Part shown: positions 7,008-15,515 of the stretch, piece after piece
How the letters are laid out: each line of letters starts with the position of its first letter
Position numbering within the stretch: the stretch's first letter is position 1
DNA from: a virus
Taxonomy: Duplodnaviria > Caudoviricetes
Length of the DNA: 35,920 nucleotides
IMG/VR virus record: IMGVR_UViG_3300038379_000092
Coordinates: 1 to 35,920 of that record
Reading direction: 5' to 3' (one strand)
Notes under the pieces: model-generated
The model's input: the letters and a program-made list of their open reading frames with translations, nothing else
Told to the model about the DNA's origin: nothing
Databases searched by the model: none
Translations under genes and position numbers: made by a program

Positions 7008-7367
7008 ATGAGCATAACACAGAGAGGCTTCGAGATTAAGGACGGCGGCAAGCGAGAGGAATATACCTCTGGCATGGTCCGGGACACGGCGGACAACAAG
7101 GTTGACTACACCTTGGTCATGGACGGCCCGATGTTCGAGCGATTCGCGGTCCACATGACGAAAGGGGCCAAGAAATATTCCAAGAGGAACTGGATGAAGG
7201 CCGCCGGGACCGCCGAATACGACCGCTTCAAAGAAAGCGCCTTGCGCCATTTCTTGCAGTGGTTTCGCGGGGACACTGACGAGGACCATGCGAGCGCCAC
7301 GTTTTTTAATATAAATGGGGCGGAGTTCGTGAAGGAGAAACTAGGAGGGGCTAATGGAATCACTTGA
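7008..7367 (+). CDS. dATP/dGTP diphosphohydrolase-like protein (DUF5664 type)
   Basis: GMVRD..K..Y.L, GAKKY..RNW.K, SALRH, EDH...FN. RBS ggagga before ATG 7008. An in-frame GTG at 6891 is an alternative start. Confidence 0.8.
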   Translation: MSITQRGFEIKDGGKREEYTSGMVRDTADNKVDYTLVMDGPMFERFAVHMTKGAKKYSKRNWMKAAGTAEYDRFKESALRHFLQWFRGDTDEDHASATFFNINGAEFVKEKLGGANGIT

Positions 7368-7533
7368 CAGCATCGTGATGTCGTTTGAAAGCCTTCCGAT
7401 GGAAGACACCGAGACGGCCCATATGGAGGCAGATGCCCTTCTTATGCACGCTTTGATTTTGCTTGGCGGAGAACGAGTGGTTGATGCGTTTAATAGGGCG
7501 GCGGCAAGGCATGGGGGATTCTGGTATGCGTGA
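7354..7533 (+). CDS. conserved small phage protein ending in FWYA (not in ORF track)
   Basis: MESLDSIV...DTETAHMEADALL...GGFWYA, 59 aa. RBS aggagg. Confidence 0.75.
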   Translation: MESLDSIVMSFESLPMEDTETAHMEADALLMHALILLGGERVVDAFNRAAARHGGFWYA

Positions 7534-7768
7534 CCCACAAAAGGCAGAGTCCGCCACTACTGGCGGGGGGACGGGTGACTCGCAAGCGTTGTCTCAGAAT
7601 CCGGATGGTCCGATGAAAAAGTGGCTTAGACGGTTTCTCGGGATCGTCACGCTGCTGCTTTTGCCGGTCATCATGGCGGGTCTGGGGTTCCTGTGCGGGA
7701 TCGGGATGCAATTGATGGCGGTCAAACTCATTTGGGAGGTTCTATGCTCAAGAAATCGGAATGGGTAG
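7526..7768 (+). CDS. putative membrane protein, start uncertain (7526 or 7613)
   Basis: Basic stretch followed by hydrophobic FLGIVTLLLLPVIMAGLGFLCGIG. Confidence 0.5.
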   Translation: MRDPQKAESATTGGGTGDSQALSQNPDGPMKKWLRRFLGIVTLLLLPVIMAGLGFLCGIGMQLMAVKLIWEVLCSRNRNG

Positions 7769-7923
7769 CACGACCTGACATACCGGGCGAACGGCACAAA
7801 AAACTGACCAACGGGAACGTTGTGCGAGTAACCATTATCCAGTTGGGTGACGAGCTTTACGAGCAAGGAAAAGACGGCACGATGTGGGCGCTACGAGACG
7901 GGCAATATATGGTGGCATTTTAG
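7744..7923 (+). CDS. hypothetical protein
   Basis: RBS ggaggt, ATG 7744. Confidence 0.65.
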   Translation: MLKKSEWVARPDIPGERHKKLTNGNVVRVTIIQLGDELYEQGKDGTMWALRDGQYMVAF

Positions 7924-7932
7924 GAGGCCGCA

Positions 7933-8139
7933 TTGGAAACCCTCGTTGTAGATTGGCAGGATCGCGCTAGTCGCCGGGCCTACCAGCGGCGGTATTACGC
8001 CGAGCGCCGCGAGTTGTGGGCGGATCGCTATAAGTCGCGTGACAAGGAGAAAATTCGGGCCGCCAAACGATTGTGGTATAGCAAACACAAGGCCGAAAGG
8101 AGCGCAGTTATAAATGTAATAGCGGTATTGGCCTACTAG
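7933..8139 (+). pseudogene. probable truncated homing-endonuclease remnant
   Basis: RBS aggagg plus TTG. R/K/Y-rich helical repeats (RAYQRRYYAE, KEKIRAAKRLWY) are typical of HNH N-termini, but there is no nuclease motif. The first 7 codons parallel the polymerase start. Confidence 0.5.
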
Positions 8140-8169
8140 GGGATAAAATTCCTCTTTTGGAGAAAGCGA

Positions 8170-10065
8170 TTGGATACCTTAATCGTTGACTTTGAAACAT
8201 ATTACTCAACAAAGGATTCTTACACACTCAAAAAAATCAGTGCGGCCCAGTATGTCAGGGACGCCCGCTTCAAGGCGTTCGGCCTCGGGTTCAAGAATCT
8301 CACGACGGGCCAAGGAGGGTGGGTCAGTGGCGAAACGAACATCCGCGCCTGGGTCAATTCTGTCAAGTGGGCTGATGTCCTGTTGGTCGCGCAGAATACT
8401 AAATTCGATGGCGCAATCCTGGCTTGGCGATATGGCGCTGTCGCGGGTCGGTATGCGGATACCCTTGCCATGTCCCGCGCTGTTCTCGGAACACGGCTCC
8501 GAAGCCACTCGCTTGAGTCCGTCGCCAAGCACTACGGTTTCCCGCCAAAGGGCGAATTGCGGACGGACGGTTTGCTGGTCCTCTCTCCCGAGCAGGAGAA
8601 AGAACTCGCGGACTACTGCCTTCACGACGTTGAACTTTGCGCCGAAATCTACCAGCGGTTCCTCAAAGAGGGGTTCCCGCAAGGGCAAATGGCGGCGATG
8701 GACTGGACCATCCGAGCCTTCGTCGAACCGGCGCTCAAGCTCGACGAGGAGAAGCTGGCGCAGACGGCGGAGGCCGAGCGTAAGCGGCGGGAGACGATCT
8801 TCGCGGACATCGGCATCCCGAAGTCGGAGTTCTCCTCGAACATAAAGTTTCCGGCTCTTTTGACCAAGGAAGGCTATGAGGTGCCGATGAAGTTGTCTCC
8901 GAAGCAGTTGAACCCGGATGGCACCAAGAAGGCGATCCCCGCCCTGGCTTTGGGTGACAGCGAGTTCCTTGAGATGTTGGAGTCGGACGACGAGCGGCTG
9001 GTAGAGCTATGCGAGGCGCGGGTCGCGGCGAAGTCCACCCTTCTGGAAACACGCAGCGAGAAACTGCTGGCGGTGGCGAAGACAGGTTTGTTTCCGTTCG
9101 ACGTGGGGTTCAGCGGGGCGCAGCAAACCCACCGCTATTCCGGGGCATCCGGGGCAGGCGGCAACCCCCAAAACCTCAACAAGTGCCAAGACCCGGAGGA
9201 ACACAAGACCGGCCACCAGTGCAAGGCTCAAATGCGGGGTAGCGTCACCGTCCCGGACGGTTTTACCCTCATTGTCGCCGACTTCTCGGCGGTTGAGCTT
9301 CGGATTCAGGCGTGGCTGGCGAAGGAAGCCCGGCTCACGGCGTTGCTTTCGACGTCGGATGGCGACCCCTACTCGGACTTTGCAACCAGGCTCTACGGGC
9401 GACCTATTGTGAAGGGGCGGGACAAGAAAGAGCGCGACTTCGGTAAGGAAGTGGTCTTGGGGTGCGGCTACGGAATGGGAGCCGCGAAGTTTGCCCAACG
9501 GGTGAAGATCAAGCTCAAGAAGGATATTACCGAGGACGAGGCTAAGAATACCATCGGCCTCTACCGAGGCTACTACGCCGGGATTCCCCGGCTTTGGGAC
9601 GAGTTGGGCAACTACATCACGTTGCTCTCTCGAAAGGCGGTTGGACGGTTCCGGTTTGCGCCCTTCCTGGGGCTGAAAGACGGCTGCATCATCCTTCCTT
9701 CGGGGCTACGCCTTCAATACCCCGAACTGGCCTACAACGGGAAGGACTGGACCTACAAGGTTTTTCGCCAGAAACGGGCGGAACCTGAGTCGGCCAAGCT
9801 CTACGGTGGGAAACTGCTAGAAAACCTCTGCCAGGCCCTTGCCGGGGAGTTTTGCAAGATCGCCATTGAGCGGGCAACGCGGGCCGGGCTGAAATGCGCC
9901 GGACAAGTCCACGACGAAATCCTGGTCGTGTCGAAGAACGAGAACGTGCAACGGGACACGGACGTGTTGAACCGGGCGATGTCCACGCCGCCATCTTGGT
10001 GGCCTGAGATTCGGCTCATGGCCGAGGTCGGGTCTGGCCCCAACTGGCAAGACGCCAAACATTGA
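8170..10065 (+). CDS. polA: family A DNA polymerase with 3'-5' exonuclease
   Basis: Exo motifs DFETY, NTKFD, YCLHDV. NPQNL; motif A ADFSAVELR; motif B RDFGKEVVLGCGYG; motif C VHDE. Confidence 0.96.
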   Translation: MDTLIVDFETYYSTKDSYTLKKISAAQYVRDARFKAFGLGFKNLTTGQGGWVSGETNIRAWVNSVKWADVLLVAQNTKFDGAILAWRYGAVAGRYADTLAMSRAVLGTRLRSHSLESVAKHYGFPPKGELRTDGLLVLSPEQEKELADYCLHDVELCAEIYQRFLKEGFPQGQMAAMDWTIRAFVEPALKLDEEKLAQTAEAERKRRETIFADIGIPKSEFSSNIKFPALLTKEGYEVPMKLSPKQLNPDGTKKAIPALALGDSEFLEMLESDDERLVELCEARVAAKSTLLETRSEKLLAVAKTGLFPFDVGFSGAQQTHRYSGASGAGGNPQNLNKCQDPEEHKTGHQCKAQMRGSVTVPDGFTLIVADFSAVELRIQAWLAKEARLTALLSTSDGDPYSDFATRLYGRPIVKGRDKKERDFGKEVVLGCGYGMGAAKFAQRVKIKLKKDITEDEAKNTIGLYRGYYAGIPRLWDELGNYITLLSRKAVGRFRFAPFLGLKDGCIILPSGLRLQYPELAYNGKDWTYKVFRQKRAEPESAKLYGGKLLENLCQALAGEFCKIAIERATRAGLKCAGQVHDEILVVSKNENVQRDTDVLNRAMSTPPSWWPEIRLMAEVGSGPNWQDAKH

Positions 10066-10074
10066 GGTGAGGCA

Positions 10075-10305
10075 ATGAACAAAGACGCTAGTTTCCCTAC
10101 CCCTAGGCTCCGTCGAATGGTGGCGAAACTCCGCAATCTTTCGGCGCAACAAGAGCCGTGGCACATGCGTTTGCCTTTCGGGTTCACGGTAGTAGGACGG
10201 GGTTATGTGGAAAGCATTGTTCGGTTTTACCGTGGCCGTCCGGTTGTGTTTTATGGGCTTGGGCGCGGCAGTTGGGCCTTTGGGCTTATACGGCTTGGCA
10301 AATGA
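10075..10305 (+). CDS. hypothetical protein
   Basis: RBS gaggtgagg. ATGA coupling to the next gene. Confidence 0.6.
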   Translation: MNKDASFPTPRLRRMVAKLRNLSAQQEPWHMRLPFGFTVVGRGYVESIVRFYRGRPVVFYGLGRGSWAFGLIRLGK

Positions 10306-10943
10306 AAGTTGTTTGCGTCTCAGGCACCCACATGATGCACAACCGGCTTCAACCGCCGGAAGGGGATGTTCTGATCCACGCGGGCGACTTCTGCAACGAG
10401 GGGAAGCTCCCGGAGGTTAAGAGCTTCGCGGCGTGGCTCAAGAAGCAACCTTACCGCCGGAAGATCGTTGTGGCGGGGAACCACGACTGGCCGCTCTACC
10501 GGGAGAAAGAGCGGGCCGAAGCTGAGTCCCTGTTGGAAGATGCGGGGGCGATTTATCTCCGCGACAGTGCGACCATGATCTGCGGGAACGTGGTCTACGG
10601 CTCCCCCTGGCAGCCCGAGTTCTGCAATTGGGCTTTCAATCTCCCAAGAGGCCACCAGTTGCGGGAGAAGTGGAAGCTGATCTACGACAACACGGACGTT
10701 CTTGTGACCCACGGACCGCCCTATAAGGTGCTGGACTTCGTGCCAAGGGGCGAGTTTGTAGGGGACTCGGACTTGCTCGCCCGCCTGGGCCAGATCAGCC
10801 CGAAGTTGCATGTCTTCGGCCACATTCATTACAGCCGGGGAGAGCACCATATGGCCGGGACGCATTTTGTCAATGCGGCAATCTGCAACGAGGCTTACGC
10901 TCCGGTCCACAAGCCCATCGTCGTCGAATTGGAGGAAAAATGA
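10302..10943 (+). CDS. calcineurin-like metallophosphoesterase (MPPED/239FB-like)
   Basis: HAGD, AGNHD, YGSPWQPEF, THGPP, FGHIH. The first motif reads SGTH rather than SDTH. Confidence 0.9.
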   Translation: MKVVCVSGTHMMHNRLQPPEGDVLIHAGDFCNEGKLPEVKSFAAWLKKQPYRRKIVVAGNHDWPLYREKERAEAESLLEDAGAIYLRDSATMICGNVVYGSPWQPEFCNWAFNLPRGHQLREKWKLIYDNTDVLVTHGPPYKVLDFVPRGEFVGDSDLLARLGQISPKLHVFGHIHYSRGEHHMAGTHFVNAAICNEAYAPVHKPIVVELEEK

Positions 10944-11179
10944 AGGACTACAAAGAAGCGATGAGAGGCTACGTCCTGGCAATAGCGCAGAGCAGCGCGG
11001 TGGTGGCACAAGCGGCCAAGCAGATGCCTTGGTATCGTCCGATCATCAAGCGGCGGTTGCAGGCCGCCGCTGCCGTCCTTGGGGATGTGGCCCGGCAGGG
11101 CTTGAACGTCTGGACGCACTTGGATGTCCACGAGGCACTTGAGAGGGGCGAGAGTGATCCGGCAGCGCCCTTGGACTAA
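10940..11179 (+). CDS. hypothetical protein
   Basis: RBS ggagg, ATGA coupling. Confidence 0.65.
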   Translation: MKDYKEAMRGYVLAIAQSSAVVAQAAKQMPWYRPIIKRRLQAAAAVLGDVARQGLNVWTHLDVHEALERGESDPAAPLD

Positions 11180-11471
11180 GGCAGAACGATACCTCTTGGG
11201 GGCCTTCCGAAAGGCGTGGCAGTGGTATAGCGAGGACCGGAAGATGTGCTTGAAGGCCGACAAGTGCGCGAAATGCGGCGGAAAGGGCAAGCTTTACGCC
11301 GACCATGTGGAACCGGTCGTGGACATCAGGAAGGGGTGGCGGGGGTGGGACGTTCACTTCGAGCGTATGTTCGGGGGGCGGCTTCAACCGCTCTGCAAGG
11401 GGTGCCATGATGCAAAATCAAAGACAGAGAACGCCCTACGGAGGGCCGCAGATGGAAAACACAAAGGCTAA
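11154..11471 (+). CDS. HNH endonuclease
   Basis: CAKC...ADHVEPV...LQPLCKGCHDAKS. GTG start with RBS gagggg. Confidence 0.85.
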   Translation: MIRQRPWTKAERYLLGAFRKAWQWYSEDRKMCLKADKCAKCGGKGKLYADHVEPVVDIRKGWRGWDVHFERMFGGRLQPLCKGCHDAKSKTENALRRAADGKHKG

Positions 11472-12138
11472 GGTGCTGTTTTGGGATATTGAGTCGTCGG
11501 ATTTGTCCGCCGACATCGGCCACATTATCTCGATCGGCTACAAGTGGGGGCATGAGGCTAAAGTTCATGTCATGAGCTTGCTCGATTACCCTGGCAAGGT
11601 AGCCAACGATGACTCCAAGCTGATTGCGGCCTTTCTCAAGGTTTACGACGAGGCGGACCTTGTGGTGCATCATTTCGGCGAGTTTTTTGACCTCCCGTTT
11701 CTTCGGACCCGTATGCTCATTCACGGGATGAAACCCTTGCCGGATACCGCCCAGGTAGATACGTGGCGGATTGCCAAAAAACGGTTCAAGTTTGGGTCCA
11801 ACCGGCTCCAACGGATTCTGGAAGTCCTCAGATGCCCTTATGACAAGTCGCCCGTCAAGCTCTCTGTGTGGGGGGCGGCTCGTGTTGGCGACCCCAAGGC
11901 GATTAAATACGTTATCGAGCATAACCGGTTGGACGTGCTCGTGTTGGAGTGGGTTTACAAGCGCCTTGCCCCATCGTGGCAGCACCACCCCGCCTTGCAC
12001 ATTAGTGAGAACGGCGAGTGTACTTACTGCGGTGGCAAAACCGTCAGCAAGGGGCGGCGATTGTGTGTGACCCACTGGTACCAGAGGCGGTTTTGCACGA
12101 AATGCGGGAAATATCTGAGAGGGAGGAAGCTAACATGA
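11452..12138 (+). CDS. RNase H-like (DEDD) 3'-5' exonuclease with C-terminal zinc ribbon
   Basis: WDIES, FDLPFL, VDT, HNRLDV. CTYCG...CTKCG. Confidence 0.88.
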   Translation: MENTKAKVLFWDIESSDLSADIGHIISIGYKWGHEAKVHVMSLLDYPGKVANDDSKLIAAFLKVYDEADLVVHHFGEFFDLPFLRTRMLIHGMKPLPDTAQVDTWRIAKKRFKFGSNRLQRILEVLRCPYDKSPVKLSVWGAARVGDPKAIKYVIEHNRLDVLVLEWVYKRLAPSWQHHPALHISENGECTYCGGKTVSKGRRLCVTHWYQRRFCTKCGKYLRGRKLT

Positions 12139-12374
12139 AAGACCTTGATCTGGAATCGGACGACTTCCAAGCGGGCTACAAACGAGGGCGACGGTCCTTG
12201 GTGGCGGATGCGGTGAAGTTTGCGATGGCGGCGTTTCTCGCTTTCGCAACCACGATTGTTACCTACCGTGTCGGGGTGAAGCAAGGGGTTACTTTGGCGA
12301 TCTCGACGGATTATATTGGGAACGCCTTCGAAATGGGCTACAACGTGGGGAGGGCTACCGATGAGGGGAAGTAA
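12135..12374 (+). CDS. single-TM hypothetical protein
   Basis: Hydrophobic AVKFAMAAFLAFATTIVTY. Overlaps the upstream stop. Confidence 0.65.
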   Translation: MKDLDLESDDFQAGYKRGRRSLVADAVKFAMAAFLAFATTIVTYRVGVKQGVTLAISTDYIGNAFEMGYNVGRATDEGK

Positions 12375-12648
12375 AGCCAAGGAGCTTCGACGGGTTTTGT
12401 TTGCCCCGGCGGAGATTGCGGAAGAAGCCAAGTTGCCTACGGAGGCCGAGGCTCACATTCGGGCGGCCCGGCGCAACGTTTACAGACGCGCCAAGCGCAT
12501 CCTGGGCGCGGAGCCGTTCTCCCTCGCCCGGATCAAGCACTCGGCGGCGTCGGCCTTCGCCTTCATCCGGCAGGGGGCGCTGAACCAGTTGGCCGAAAGC
12601 TCGTCCCCCGGCGTTCGGAATCCGCTGGACGACATCATGGGGGCGTAG
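12361..12648 (+). CDS. hypothetical basic protein
   Basis: MRGSKAKELRR...RNVYRRAKR pattern common in phages. RBS ggaggg. Confidence 0.7.
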   Translation: MRGSKAKELRRVLFAPAEIAEEAKLPTEAEAHIRAARRNVYRRAKRILGAEPFSLARIKHSAASAFAFIRQGALNQLAESSSPGVRNPLDDIMGA

Positions 12649-12652
12649 CAAA

Positions 12653-12922
12653 ATGCCCTACATCCGAGAGGCCGACCGGAAGAAGTTTGAAGTCTACGAA
12701 TCTACCCCGGTTCCCGAGACGTTCGGCGAACTGAACTACGTCATCACACGCCTTGTCAATCGTTTCCTGGCCGCAGGGCCAGTTAATTACGAGCGGCTGA
12801 ACGGTGTGTATGGCGCGATGATGGCAGCGGCGGCTGAGTTTTACCGCCGTGTTCTGACGCCCTACGAGTCTTTCAAGTTGGCCTCGAACGGCGACGCATA
12901 CAACCGGGACTTGCTCCCGTAA
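12653..12922 (+). CDS. conserved phage protein (MPYI...GELNY...EFYRR...NGD; DUF6899-like)
   Basis: Recognisable motif series. The family name is from memory. Confidence 0.8.
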   Translation: MPYIREADRKKFEVYESTPVPETFGELNYVITRLVNRFLAAGPVNYERLNGVYGAMMAAAAEFYRRVLTPYESFKLASNGDAYNRDLLP

Positions 12923-12933
12923 AGGAGATGTAA

Positions 12934-13116
12934 ATGGAAACTCTGAAACTGGAAGTCAGCCCGCAGGAGCTTCGTATCCTACTCGACCTCGTGAAGAAGG
13001 CCAACTGGCCCGGCGAGTTTGCCGAACAAGCCGTGGACCTCAAGCGCAAACTGGTCGCGGCGCTTCCCGGACCCGTGTTGGTGCCCGAGGCGGCTTCGCC
13101 GCGTGAGGGGATTTGA
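12934..13116 (+). CDS. hypothetical protein
   Basis: RBS aaggag. Confidence 0.65.
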   Translation: METLKLEVSPQELRILLDLVKKANWPGEFAEQAVDLKRKLVAALPGPVLVPEAASPREGI

Positions 13117-13250
13117 TGCCTCTGCGCCGAGGTAAGACGCGGGCGGACATGGCCTACAACGTTCGGGAGTTGAAAGCCACCGGACGCCCCGCGAAGCAGG
13201 CTGTCGCAATCGCCTACAACGTCGCTCGCAAAGGGAGGAAGAAGAAATGA
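13116..13250 (+). CDS. small basic phage protein (KQAVAIA family; not in ORF track)
   Basis: MPLRRGKTRADMAYNVRELKATGRPAKQAVAIAYNVARKGRKKK. TGATG and ATGA couplings on both sides. Confidence 0.8.
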   Translation: MPLRRGKTRADMAYNVRELKATGRPAKQAVAIAYNVARKGRKKK

Positions 13251-13552
13251 AGGAAAGACTCGAAACGCTCCTCGTCGTCACGCCCCTCAAAAAGGGTGGC
13301 ACCCCAGGTCCGAAGTCCCTGGTGAACCCGGCCAACGTGACGATCTTCGCCCCCTCTGAGGGCGGCAACTGGACCGTGATCCGGTTCGTCAACGGGTCCA
13401 CCATCATGGTGGCCGAACGAATGACCGATCTCGTGCCGGGCTTCGACCTCGGGGAACCCCCGGCGGAGAGCAAACCAGACAAGTTGCCGGTCCAACTGGA
13501 GCTTCCTGGGACTGAACCCCCCAAGATGGCAACGAGCGACTTGCTCAAATAG
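13247..13552 (+). CDS. hypothetical protein, FlbD-like beta domain
   Basis: LVNPANV...TVIRFVNGSTIMVAE resembles the FlbD/SwrD pattern. Confidence 0.6.
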   Translation: MKERLETLLVVTPLKKGGTPGPKSLVNPANVTIFAPSEGGNWTVIRFVNGSTIMVAERMTDLVPGFDLGEPPAESKPDKLPVQLELPGTEPPKMATSDLLK

Positions 13553-13595
13553 AAAGGCCCCCCTTACCGTGTCTTGGTAAGGGGGGCTTTCTTTT
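13552..13595. terminator. intrinsic terminator between convergent arms, probably bidirectional
   Basis: 12-bp stem gccccccttacc/ggtaaggggggc followed by tttctttt on + and preceded by gaaa. Confidence 0.85.
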
Positions 13596-13604
13596 GAGAC
13601 GGGG

Positions 13605-13988
13605 TTATTGCGCGTAGAGGCGGTAGTCGCCGAAGAATTCTGGTTCAACCGCTCGTCCGGTCAGGAGGTCCACGACGGAGAACATCAAGGTGTCGGTAGG
13701 AGCGCCAATGAGGTCAGCTTCTTTGACCCGCTGGCCCTTCTTGACGTGGATCGAGCGCAGGTTCTCATAATAAACCATGACGGTCAGGTTTGGAAGCTCA
13801 CAGTAGAGGGCGACTGTTCCGGGGGCCGTTTCCGCGACTATGCCGTGAGCGCAAGCAAGCGCGAACACACGGGGGTTGCAGTCGAACAGTATGGTTTCAC
13901 CAGTGTCCTTAAAGGGGATAGTTTGGGGGCACTCCAGGGGAACCGGCCTGAGCAGTGCGGCGGTTGGATGCAGGTCTCTTGGATTCAT
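13605..13988 (-). CDS. degenerate M23/LytM-fold protein
   Basis: VFALACAHGIV, YENLRSIHVKKGQRVKEADLIG and GRAVEP follow the M23 pattern. HxxxD and HxH zinc ligands are absent. Confidence 0.65.
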   Translation of the reverse strand: MNPRDLHPTAALLRPVPLECPQTIPFKDTGETILFDCNPRVFALACAHGIVAETAPGTVALYCELPNLTVMVYYENLRSIHVKKGQRVKEADLIGAPTDTLMFSVVDLLTGRAVEPEFFGDYRLYAQ

Positions 13989-13994
13989 AGCGAG

Positions 13995-14207
13995 CTACCA
14001 TACCGCTGCCACCACAACAATCGCCTTGATGATGGCGTAGAGTCCTGCTGCGCCAAGGACGGTGCGTTGGAGCCAAGTGACGCGCTCCTCAAGTCTTGGC
14101 ACTTCCTCGGTGACAACCGGCATGACCTTTTCCATGTTTTTGGTCAGCGCCTCTACCCGCTCGTCGATTCGCACCAGCAGTTCCGTGTGACTCGTTTTGC
14201 GCGGCAT
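13995..14207 (-). CDS. XhlA-like coiled-coil plus C-terminal TM protein (holin-like)
   Basis: LLVRIDERV...RLEERVTWLQRTVLGA plus hydrophobic tail. Confidence 0.7.
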   Translation of the reverse strand: MPRKTSHTELLVRIDERVEALTKNMEKVMPVVTEEVPRLEERVTWLQRTVLGAAGLYAIIKAIVVVAAVW

Positions 14208-14208
14208 T

Positions 14209-14508
14209 TTAGTATTCCCCCCTTCGGATTGGCCCTACAATTGGGGCTTTCTCTCCCGGCTGTTCGGCCAAGAACCGCTCGTTGGCCCGTTTCTGCCGCG
14301 CCCCGGCCTCATTCTCCGGGCCAATGTAGCCGTCGGTGGGGATGTCGTCCTCGCCCATCAGGAGCGCCAGAAGCGCGTCCTTGAAGGGCTTGAGCTTGGC
14401 TCCCGCCTTGCTTACGCCCATCATCACTTCTTCGAGGGACTGGGGAGATGCCTCGGCGCTTTCTCGCGTGTAGCGTTGCAGAAAGCCTTCTTTGTTATTT
14501 CCGTCCAT
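14209..14508 (-). CDS. hypothetical protein
   Basis: Tightly packed in the late operon. Confidence 0.65.
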   Translation of the reverse strand: MDGNNKEGFLQRYTRESAEASPQSLEEVMMGVSKAGAKLKPFKDALLALLMGEDDIPTDGYIGPENEAGARQKRANERFLAEQPGEKAPIVGPIRRGEY

Positions 14509-15514
14509 TGAGGGTTTCCTCCAACTTTCGATTGCCGCCCCGCGCCAACGCGAACGGCAGAATCTTCCGAAGCACTCCGAGGCTGGCAGCGCCGGTCGCC
14601 TGTGTTAAGGGCGAAAACAGCGGAGCAGCCACAGCGGTTCGCGTGGCGTCCAACGCGAACGAGAGCAGCTTGCCCAACTCGCTGGCCGTGCCCCGTTTGG
14701 AAACGGGGAAAAGCTCACGGGCGGCTCCGCTCCGAACCGCACCCTCATGGAGAATGTCGGCCTCGCCGAGGGTTTTGGACTGTTTGACAATCTCGTCCAA
14801 CTGGTCGCGCAGGAGGAGCAAGGTGTCCTTGGGGCCACCGCTGCGGATCAGCTTGTCCACCGATTTCCGAGCGGTTAGGGCGTCCTTGGGGGTTAACTTG
14901 GTGCCTTCATCGAGGAAGGACTGGGCCTTCTTCACGATGTCAAGGTGGTCCAGAGAGCCTTTGAAGATGTTGCCGCCCTCTTTGGTGCCAGCCTCGTAGA
15001 GGGCCTTGGACGGCCCTTTTCCCCGGAACAGCTTGGAGGGAGCTTCGGCAATCTCGTCGAGAATGCCAGGGGCGACGTTTTTGAGGCCAGACGTGTGCTC
15101 AAGCCCCCGGCTAATGAGTTTGCCGACGGGTTTTGCAGCCTTTCCAGCGACCCGGAGCGCCCCTGCCCCGGCGAGGTTAGCTATTGTCTCCTGGGTGATG
15201 CTCTCGGGCGTCATGCTCGGGATGAGATCGTGCGCCAAGGTGCCCGGAGGGGTGATCTTGTTCCGCACAACGTCCACTTTGTTGGCGGCGTCCCGAACAA
15301 CGCGAAACGGGCCGTTCTCAAGAACGGGGTTGATGGCCTCTTTTCGGTTCATGGGGGGCCGGAACAACTCCTTGGTCGTGTCGAGGGCGGTTTTGGTCGC
15401 GGCAGCCGCTCCTTCGGCCAGTCGTTGACCGAGAGGTTTCTCCGGGGTTTCGTCGGGGCGCTCGAACTCGTAAACCTTCCCGTCCGGGCCTTCAAACTCG
15501 TAGACTTTCGGCAT
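14495..15514 (-). CDS. putative DNA ejection/internal virion protein
   Basis: Ala/Gly/Lys-rich helical protein with N-terminal YEFEGPDGKVYEFE. Podovirus-typical position. Confidence 0.65.
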   Translation of the reverse strand: MPKVYEFEGPDGKVYEFERPDETPEKPLGQRLAEGAAAATKTALDTTKELFRPPMNRKEAINPVLENGPFRVVRDAANKVDVVRNKITPPGTLAHDLIPSMTPESITQETIANLAGAGALRVAGKAAKPVGKLISRGLEHTSGLKNVAPGILDEIAEAPSKLFRGKGPSKALYEAGTKEGGNIFKGSLDHLDIVKKAQSFLDEGTKLTPKDALTARKSVDKLIRSGGPKDTLLLLRDQLDEIVKQSKTLGEADILHEGAVRSGAARELFPVSKRGTASELGKLLSFALDATRTAVAAPLFSPLTQATGAASLGVLRKILPFALARGGNRKLEETLNGRK

Positions 15515-15515
15515 G

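Noticed and set aside
5863-10065. Complete Z-genome (2-aminoadenine) pathway
   Set aside because: No PurZ/adenylosuccinate-synthetase-like ORF in the window; DUF5664 alone is insufficient.
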